Assembly (NCBI GenBank): GCA_963760485.1
Contig: CAVXDP010000002.1
Location: 2,362-66,361 of the forward strand
From: Candidatus Bathyarchaeota archaeon
GTDB lineage: Archaea > Thermoproteota > Bathyarchaeia > 40CM-2-53-6 > CAVXDP01
Direction: 5' to 3'
Length of the DNA: 64,000 bases
A model generated the notes under the pieces. That model made no database searches and had not been told where the DNA came from. It saw nothing but the letters and a program-made list of their open reading frames with translations. How positions within the stretch are numbered: the first letter of the stretch is position 1; every line of letters starts with the position of its first letter. Below are positions 57,844 through 64,000 of the stretch, piece by piece. The translations under genes and the position numbers were made by a program.

Positions 57844-59499
57844 ATGTCATATTTAGCAGGTCAACCTGTTCTCATCCTAAAAGAAGGGGCTTCTCGAAGC
57901 AGAGGCAGAGATGCTCAGAGATCAAACATGATGGCCGCAAGGGTAGTTTCTGATGTTGTCAAGAGCACCTTAGGCCCACGTGGAATGGACAAGATGCTCG
58001 TGGACACCCTAGGCGACGTTACCGTAACTAATGATGGAGCGACTGTACTCGATGAGATCGACGTCCAAAACCCATCAGCAAAGATGATGGTTGAAGTCTC
58101 CAAGACATTGGATAAAGAAGTTGGTGACGGAACAACCACAGCTGTCATACTGGGAGGTGAACTCCTGAAGAAGGCTGAGGAACTTCTTGACCAGGAGGTC
58201 CATCCAACGACCATTGTGGCAGGGTACAAGAAAGCCTCTCAAAAAGCGATGGAGGCTCTGAACGAAATAGCAACTACCGTCAGCCTTGACGATATAGCCA
58301 CTATGAAGAAAGTTGCTATTACATCAATGCTTGGAAAAGACCTTGGCGGAGCAAGAGAGCATTTCGCAAACATAGCGATAGAGGCTGTGCGACTAATTAC
58401 AGAAAAGCGGGGCACGTCATCATTTGCTGACATTGACAATATTCAACTTATCAAGAAAGAGGGAAAGAGTCTGCTCGACACGAGTCTGATCAAAGGCATA
58501 ATAGTCGACAAAGAAGTTGTTCACTCAGGGATGCCTAAGACTGTCAAGAATCCAAAGATAGCATTGATCGACTGTGCACTTGAAATAGAGAAGACTGAAA
58601 TGAGCGCCGAAATCCGAATTAGAGACCCTACACAGATGAAAGCGTTCCTTGACGAAGAGACTCGAATGATGAAAGCTATGGCTGACAAGATAAAGGCTTC
58701 CGGCGCCAACGTCGTTATCTGCCAGAAAGGCATAGACGACACAGCACAACATTTCCTAGCCAAAGAAGGAATCATGGCTGCACGCAGAGTAAAGAAGTCA
58801 GATATGGAGAAACTTGTCCGAGCTACAGGCGGCAAGATGGTCACGAACCTAGATGATCTTAAGGCCGGTGATCTCGGAGCCGCCGATCTAGCGGAAGAAC
58901 GCAAAGTCGGCGACGACAAGAACATCTTCATTGAAGGATGCAAAGATCCAAAGTCCGTATCGATACTAATCAGAGCAGGGTTGGAGAGACTTGTAGATGA
59001 GGCTGAAAGATCCCTGAAAGACGGTCTCTACGTTGTAGCGGACATAGTAAACAAAAACAAAGTCGTAACTGGTGGAGGAGCGATTGAAGCTGAACTCGCT
59101 AAGAGACTTCGAGAATACGGTACGAAGATCGGTGGGCGTGAACAGCTAGCAATTGAAGCCTTCGCAGACTCGCTGGAGATTGTTCCCAGAACACTCGCGG
59201 AGAATTCTGGCCTCAACCCGATCGACATTATGGTCGAGCTTAGAGCAGCTCATGAAAAGAAAGATGGCGGGAACTATGGCGTAGACGCTTTGATGGGAGG
59301 AGTAAAGGATATGGAAAAACAAGGCATAATTGAACCGTTGAGAGTGAAAGAGCAAGTGATCAAATCTGCAACAGATGTAGCCTCAATGATATTGAGGATA
59401 GATGATGTTATTGCGGGGGCAAAGGCGCCTCCAGCGCCCAGGATGCCACCTGGAGGACCGGGCGGAATGGGTGGAATGGGCGGAATGGGGATGGAATAG
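57844..59499 (+). CDS. thsA: thermosome (group II chaperonin) subunit
   Basis: [25 protein letters not shown] and the C-terminal GGMGGMGGMGME tail. Confidence 0.95.
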   Translation: MSYLAGQPVLILKEGASRSRGRDAQRSNMMAARVVSDVVKSTLGPRGMDKMLVDTLGDVTVTNDGATVLDEIDVQNPSAKMMVEVSKTLDKEVGDGTTTAVILGGELLKKAEELLDQEVHPTTIVAGYKKASQKAMEALNEIATTVSLDDIATMKKVAITSMLGKDLGGAREHFANIAIEAVRLITEKRGTSSFADIDNIQLIKKEGKSLLDTSLIKGIIVDKEVVHSGMPKTVKNPKIALIDCALEIEKTEMSAEIRIRDPTQMKAFLDEETRMMKAMADKIKASGANVVICQKGIDDTAQHFLAKEGIMAARRVKKSDMEKLVRATGGKMVTNLDDLKAGDLGAADLAEERKVGDDKNIFIEGCKDPKSVSILIRAGLERLVDEAERSLKDGLYVVADIVNKNKVVTGGGAIEAELAKRLREYGTKIGGREQLAIEAFADSLEIVPRTLAENSGLNPIDIMVELRAAHEKKDGGNYGVDALMGGVKDMEKQGIIEPLRVKEQVIKSATDVASMILRIDDVIAGAKAPPAPRMPPGGPGGMGGMGGMGME

Positions 59500-59514
59500 A
59501 GGAGGAGATGACAA

Positions 59515-61170
59515 ATGGCAGAAGCATATCCTGCAACCATAGGCGGTCAACAAGTTCTAATCCTTAAAGAAGGAGCTACAAGAACCCGTGGTAAAGACGC
59601 GCAGAGATCAAACATAATGGCTGCGAAGGTCGTTGCCGAAGCTGTCAAGACGTCTCTGGGGCCACGGGGAATGGATAAGATGCTCGTAGCCAGTTTCGGT
59701 GATGTTACGATCACAAACGATGGCGCAACAATACTCAAGGAAATGGAAGTCCAGCACCCTGCGGCCAAAATGATGGTCGAAGTCTCAAAGACTCAAGACG
59801 ATGAAGTAGGCGATGGAACAACCAGCGTCGTTGTGCTAGCCGGAGAACTTGTTAGCAAAGCTGAAGAGCTTATCAACAAGGACATTCACCCGACAATCAT
59901 AGTCGACGGTTATCGACGAGCTCAGGAGAAGGCACTGGAGATACTTAACAATCTGGCTGTGAAAGTCGACCCTACTGATAAGGTGACATTGAGGAAGATC
60001 GCAAGCATATCCATGGCAACTAAACTCATCACTGAGAGCAAGACTGCATTGGCAGAAATAGCAGTGGATGCGATGCTCCAAGTTTCGGAGAAAACTCCTC
60101 AAGGTTACAAGGCAGATGTCGAAGATGTCAAGGTGGAGAAGAAAGCAGGAGAATCCATGGATGAAACACGGTTGATTCAGGGCGTGGTCTTGGATAAGGA
60201 AGTCGTTCATTCTGGAATGCCGAAGAGAGTTGAAGACGCTAAGATAGCACTTTTGAATTCCGCTTTAGAAGTTGAGAAAACCGAGTTTGATGCGAAGATC
60301 AACATTCAGAACCCTGAAGAGATGAAAGCGTTCCTCGACGAAGAAGAGAAAATGCTTAGAGACATGGTTGACAAGGTTGCCAGTTCGGGAGCGAATGTTC
60401 TCATCTGCCAGAAGGGCATAGACGACATGGCTCAACATTTCTTGGCTAAGAAAGGCATCCTAGCAGTTCGCAGAGCCAGCGAAAAAGATATGGAAAAACT
60501 GTCAAGAGCCTCCGGCGCGAGGATCACAAACAACCTAGACGACCTAAGTGCAAAGGACCTCGGATTCGCGAAGCTCGTCGAAGAGAGAAAAATAGCTGAC
60601 GACAAAATGACTTTCATTGAAGGATGCAAGAATCCGAAGGCGGTTGCAATCTTGATAAGAGGAGGCAGCCAGAGATTCGTGGACGAAGCTGAGAGGTCAC
60701 TTCACGACGCACTATGTGTCGTTAGAGACGTCATCCGGGACCCCAAAATCGTAGCGGGAGGAGGAGCCGTCGAAATTGAACTAGCTAGCCAGCTCAAACG
60801 ATGGGCAGAAACAATGTCAGGAAGGGAACAGCTAGCTGCATTTGCTTTCGCCGAAAGCCTAGAAGCAATACCCATGGCACTTGCAGAGAACGCAGGCCTT
60901 GACCAATTGGATATCATGGTTGAACTTAGAGCCAGGCACGAGAAAGGTGAAAAGTGGATGGGCGTTGACGCGGCCGACGGCAAAGTGGCAGACATGATGA
61001 AAGCGAATGTCATTGAACCAGCATCAGTGAAAGAACAGATACTCAAGTCAGCAAGCGAAGCAGCCTCTATGCTACTAAAGATCGATGACATAGTAGCTTC
61101 AGGAAAATCAAGAGAAGGGGGTAAACCCCCAATGCCACCGGGCGGAGAAGGAAGCTCCGAATTCGACTAG
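59515..61170 (+). CDS. thsB: thermosome (group II chaperonin) subunit, paralog
   Basis: [18 protein letters not shown] and VGDGTTS. The C-terminus lacks the GGM repeat. Confidence 0.95.
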   Translation: MAEAYPATIGGQQVLILKEGATRTRGKDAQRSNIMAAKVVAEAVKTSLGPRGMDKMLVASFGDVTITNDGATILKEMEVQHPAAKMMVEVSKTQDDEVGDGTTSVVVLAGELVSKAEELINKDIHPTIIVDGYRRAQEKALEILNNLAVKVDPTDKVTLRKIASISMATKLITESKTALAEIAVDAMLQVSEKTPQGYKADVEDVKVEKKAGESMDETRLIQGVVLDKEVVHSGMPKRVEDAKIALLNSALEVEKTEFDAKINIQNPEEMKAFLDEEEKMLRDMVDKVASSGANVLICQKGIDDMAQHFLAKKGILAVRRASEKDMEKLSRASGARITNNLDDLSAKDLGFAKLVEERKIADDKMTFIEGCKNPKAVAILIRGGSQRFVDEAERSLHDALCVVRDVIRDPKIVAGGGAVEIELASQLKRWAETMSGREQLAAFAFAESLEAIPMALAENAGLDQLDIMVELRARHEKGEKWMGVDAADGKVADMMKANVIEPASVKEQILKSASEAASMLLKIDDIVASGKSREGGKPPMPPGGEGSSEFD

Positions 61171-61180
61171 AACAGCTAAA

Positions 61181-61215
61181 CCTTTCTTTTTCCTTTTTTT
61201 CCTTTTTCTTTTCTG
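61181..61215 (+). terminator. T-rich tract, candidate archaeal terminator after the thermosome genes
   Basis: CCTTTCTTTTTCCTTTTTTTCCTTTTTCTTTTCTG lies between the convergent genes, 10 nt after the stop. Confidence 0.45.
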
Positions 61216-61246
61216 TAATTATCTTGTCACATCAGACCAGCGTTAG

Positions 61247-62608
61247 TTACGCAGCGTATTTTGGAATCTCTATCTTCTCCGGCGCGTACTCCGTGAGTTT
61301 TCCCGCAAGGAAGCTTTCGTATGATGCCAAGTCCAGTAATCCATGACCTGAGTTATTGAAGGCTATAACCTTCTTTTCACCAGTCTTCTTGCATCTTAGA
61401 GCTTCATCTATTGCACATCTTATGGCGTGTGCGGTTTCAGGGGCAGGTATAATTCCTTCAGTCTGTGCAAGAATCTGAGCTGCCTGGAATATTTCATTCT
61501 GGTCGTATGCCACAGATCTCATGTATCCCTTGTGAATCAGGTAGGATATGAGCGGAGCCATTCCATGATATCTAAGGCCACCCGCGTGAATTGGTGGACA
61601 TGAGTATTGGTGACCGAGAGTCAACATTTTCAATAGTGGCGTAATCTCGGCAGTGTCACCGAAATCGTAGGTGTACGTGCCCCTTGTCGTATGCGGCGTC
61701 GACTTGGCCTCGCAAGCAACAAAGTCAGAGTTACTTTTGCCTTTGAGTTTATCCATCATGAATGGAAAACTGAATCCTGCGTAATTAGATCCGCCGCCTA
61801 TACATCCAATGATAACATCTGGATAGACGTCTATCATCTCAAACTGTTTCTTCGCCTCTTGCCCGATGATAGTCTGATGTAATAGAACATGATTCAAGAC
61901 TGACCCTAGGCAGTATCTCGTGTCTTCAGTTGAGAGAGTATCTTCTAGCGCCTCACTGATGGCTATTCCAAGCGTACCCGGATGTTCAGGATCTTTCTGG
62001 AGAAGGCTTCTGCCAAATTTCGTTCTCTCGCTTGGTGACGGAAAGATGTCTGCTCCCCATAACTCAGCCATTATCCTTCTGCCAGGTTTCTGGTTGTAAC
62101 TGACTCTAACCATATAGATACGGCATTTCAGCCCGAAAAGCGAACTTGCACAGGCAAGCGCGTTCCCCCACTGTCCTGCACCAGTCTCGGTAGCAAGCCT
62201 CTCAACCCCCTGGGCCTTATTGTAATACGCTTGAGCGAGCGCCGTGTTCAACTTGTGACTTCCAGTAGAATTCAAATGCTCGCACTTGAAGTATATTTTT
62301 GCAGGAGTCTTGAGGTATGCTTCAAGTCTCTTCGCCCTATACAGCGGAGTCGGTCGAGGAATGCGACGGTATGCTTCCAAGACCTCATCTGGAATCTTTA
62401 TGAATCGTTCCGTCGAAACCTCTTGGTTGATCAATTCCTTAGCAAAGATACGCATCAGTAGAGATGGGTCAACCGGCTTGAGAGTCTTTGGATCCAACGG
62501 CGGAGGTAACTTCTCCGGCAGATCCGCCTGAATATTGTACCATGACGTCGGCACATCCTCAGGATCTAGACAAACCGCATAGTCGCGTGCTATTTGATTC
62601 GATTTCAA
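61247..62608 (-). CDS. trpB: TrpB2-type tryptophan synthase beta-like PLP enzyme
   Basis: PLP-Lys context HLNSTGSHKLNTA. Long TrpB2-type N-terminus. GGGSNYAG. No adjacent trpA. Confidence 0.9.
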   Translation of the reverse strand: MKSNQIARDYAVCLDPEDVPTSWYNIQADLPEKLPPPLDPKTLKPVDPSLLMRIFAKELINQEVSTERFIKIPDEVLEAYRRIPRPTPLYRAKRLEAYLKTPAKIYFKCEHLNSTGSHKLNTALAQAYYNKAQGVERLATETGAGQWGNALACASSLFGLKCRIYMVRVSYNQKPGRRIMAELWGADIFPSPSERTKFGRSLLQKDPEHPGTLGIAISEALEDTLSTEDTRYCLGSVLNHVLLHQTIIGQEAKKQFEMIDVYPDVIIGCIGGGSNYAGFSFPFMMDKLKGKSNSDFVACEAKSTPHTTRGTYTYDFGDTAEITPLLKMLTLGHQYSCPPIHAGGLRYHGMAPLISYLIHKGYMRSVAYDQNEIFQAAQILAQTEGIIPAPETAHAIRCAIDEALRCKKTGEKKVIAFNNSGHGLLDLASYESFLAGKLTEYAPEKIEIPKYAA

Positions 62609-62705
62609 AGTTTCTCGTTCTCCAATATGTGAAGATGAACCGATAGATACATGTGAGCAATATTTAATACTTTAGTGTACACATATGTGCATTCGTTGAC
62701 AAACC

Positions 62706-63209
62706 ATGTGGAGCAAGATATCGAAGAGGCTGAGCGACTATCCTGTTAGGATCAATGTGGCCAGAACTTTCATTGAACTCGGTCTCAGCGTCAAAGAAGA
62801 TGGCAAGATATACTGCGGGCCGGTTGAGATGGCGGAGTCGAAGATTGCGCGAGCTTTGGATGTTGATAGACGAGTTGTAAGGGAAACTGCGACTCTCATA
62901 GCCGGGGATGAGATGTTGGCGCCGATATTTATGAAACTGAGGCCTGCTGGACCTTTTCTTGCGGACATTGCGAAGTTCTTGGGGTATATGGTTATCGAGA
63001 TCTATGCAGATCCTTCGTCCATCGGAATCCTGGCCAGTGCGTCATCGATAATTTCAGGTGAAGGAATCAGTATTCGACAGGCTGTAGCGGATGATCCCGA
63101 TCTGATTCCTGAGCCGAAACTCACTATCGTGGCGGACAGAGAGGTTTCCGGCGTGGCACTTGAAAAGATCCTGAAGATTGCAGGCGTGAAGAAACTCACA
63201 GCATACTGA
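62706..63209 (+). CDS. ACT-domain regulator of amino-acid metabolism (COG2150-like)
   Basis: 167 aa. N-terminal HTH-like part. C-terminal ACT-like part (MVIEIYADPSSIGILASASSIISGEGISIRQ). Confidence 0.6.
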   Translation: MWSKISKRLSDYPVRINVARTFIELGLSVKEDGKIYCGPVEMAESKIARALDVDRRVVRETATLIAGDEMLAPIFMKLRPAGPFLADIAKFLGYMVIEIYADPSSIGILASASSIISGEGISIRQAVADDPDLIPEPKLTIVADREVSGVALEKILKIAGVKKLTAY

Positions 63210-63225
63210 ACGTTGCGGAGAGAAT

Positions 63226-63546
63226 TCAACTCTTCTTGGCAGGTGTCTTGGCTCTAGACTTGTGAATGGTCTGAGCAATCTCTACTAGAATACGCAATTT
63301 CGGTCGCCCAGCTCTATCAACTATTACATAGCCAGTCTTGTCCCACCAATTACTTGGGCGACTCGCTTTTTCAACTATTTCAGAATTCAGTCCCAGTTTC
63401 TTTGCTGACTCAAATACTTCTGAGAGTTTTGGAGAGTCTAGGGCGAGTGATCTCTTGATTCTCCGGCCTTCCTTCCTGCTCCTTGAAGAGTTGATGTTCG
63501 CAGGCCAGATTATCGCTTTTCCTGCCTGCCTCAAAACTCCAGCCAA
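63226..63546 (-). CDS. srp19: signal recognition particle protein SRP19
   Basis: IIWPANINSSRSRKEGRRI is typical of SRP19. 106 aa. Confidence 0.85.
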   Translation of the reverse strand: MAGVLRQAGKAIIWPANINSSRSRKEGRRIKRSLALDSPKLSEVFESAKKLGLNSEIVEKASRPSNWWDKTGYVIVDRAGRPKLRILVEIAQTIHKSRAKTPAKKS

Positions 63547-63548
63547 AC

Positions 63549-63920
63549 CTATTGTTTGGGTCGTTGTAGAATCGCGTTTACGACTCCATCCTGCCCGGGT
63601 CTTGAAGTGACTTCAGCTTGACCAAGAGCAGTCTCAATTATTGCTCCGTGCGTGATGACGCCTCTCTTCTGATAGTCTGGGTTCGCAGGGTTCTTTAGTA
63701 CACGGACAATCTCGACTTTCTGAGATTTTCCAGTTGATGGATCAGTGACATTAGCGTTCTTGCATGCCAGGGCAACATGCTTTATGGCTCCACCTCTTGT
63801 TTTCCTCTCACTTAGTCTTGTATCAGCCAGAATAGTCTCAGCTGGTTCGCTTCCCATCTCATGTGCCCTTTTTCCTCTGTAGGCTCGTTTCTTTCCACCC
63901 GTAGCCTTTCTTTTGCGCAT
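63549..63920 (-). CDS. rps8e: 30S ribosomal protein S8e (N-terminus probably extends upstream)
   Basis: RKRKATGGKKRAYRGKRAHEMG. The in-frame upstream codons read PQWHGD, matching the S8e N-terminus, but have no start codon before the TGA at 63948-63950. Confidence 0.9.
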   Translation of the reverse strand: MRKRKATGGKKRAYRGKRAHEMGSEPAETILADTRLSERKTRGGAIKHVALACKNANVTDPSTGKSQKVEIVRVLKNPANPDYQKRGVITHGAIIETALGQAEVTSRPGQDGVVNAILQRPKQ

Positions 63921-64000
63921 ATCTCCATGCCACTGAGGCAGCGTGAGTCAACTCCTTTGAATTACTGCTGTTCGGTCCGCTTGATCATATAAGGGTTATG

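Noticed and set aside
59461-59496. Short tandem DNA repeat (GGCGGAATGGGTGGAATGGGCGGAATGGGG).
   Set aside because: It encodes the GGM repeat tail of the thermosome subunit and is not a CRISPR or satellite element. No spacer-repeat architecture occurs anywhere in the window.

Overview
Archaeal chromosome segment. Evidence: exosome/proteasome/RNase P superoperon, thermosome, aEF-2, SRP19, ribosomal proteins L37Ae and S8e, archaeal-type shikimate pathway. A eukaryote-like topoisomerase IB, a crenarchaeal-type aEF-2 and a two-intron tRNA suggest a TACK-lineage organism, possibly Bathyarchaeia-like; this lineage call is inference only. About 75 genes, mostly housekeeping. In order: a PAS/GAF/DUF835 sensor with an Lrp-like regulator; an orphan region next to tRNA-Gly; a [NiFe]-hydrogenase/HdrB operon; aEF-2; DNA ligase; Dph6; MtaD; PHI; an ECF transporter module; the exosome superoperon; a class-III aminotransferase; Pth2; TruD; an aspartate-kinase-headed aromatic amino-acid operon of 10 genes; a sulfur-relay cluster (cysteine desulfurase, DsrE, TusA); isoprenoid genes; MoeA x2 and a ThiF-like E1; topoisomerase IB; two tandem thermosome genes; TrpB2; SRP19; S8e. 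Two observations stand out. (1) A 28-nt insert breaks the aEF-2 reading frame directly before the P-loop. It folds into a textbook 3-4-3 bulge-helix-bulge motif, and its predicted excision restores QIRNIGIIAHVDHGKTT exactly, so it is a candidate protein-coding BHB intron. (2) An operon combines a group-4-type [NiFe]-hydrogenase catalytic module (NuoB/C/D/I homologs, Ni-ligand cysteines intact) with HdrB and a polyferredoxin, with no membrane subunits anywhere in the window. Caveat: at least 15 apparent +/-1 frameshifts, many at short homopolymers, plus one in-frame TAG, interrupt otherwise well-conserved genes, some of them essential. Sequence or assembly error is the most economical explanation and affects gene boundaries. 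No CRISPR array, rRNA, transposase or integrase was recognised.
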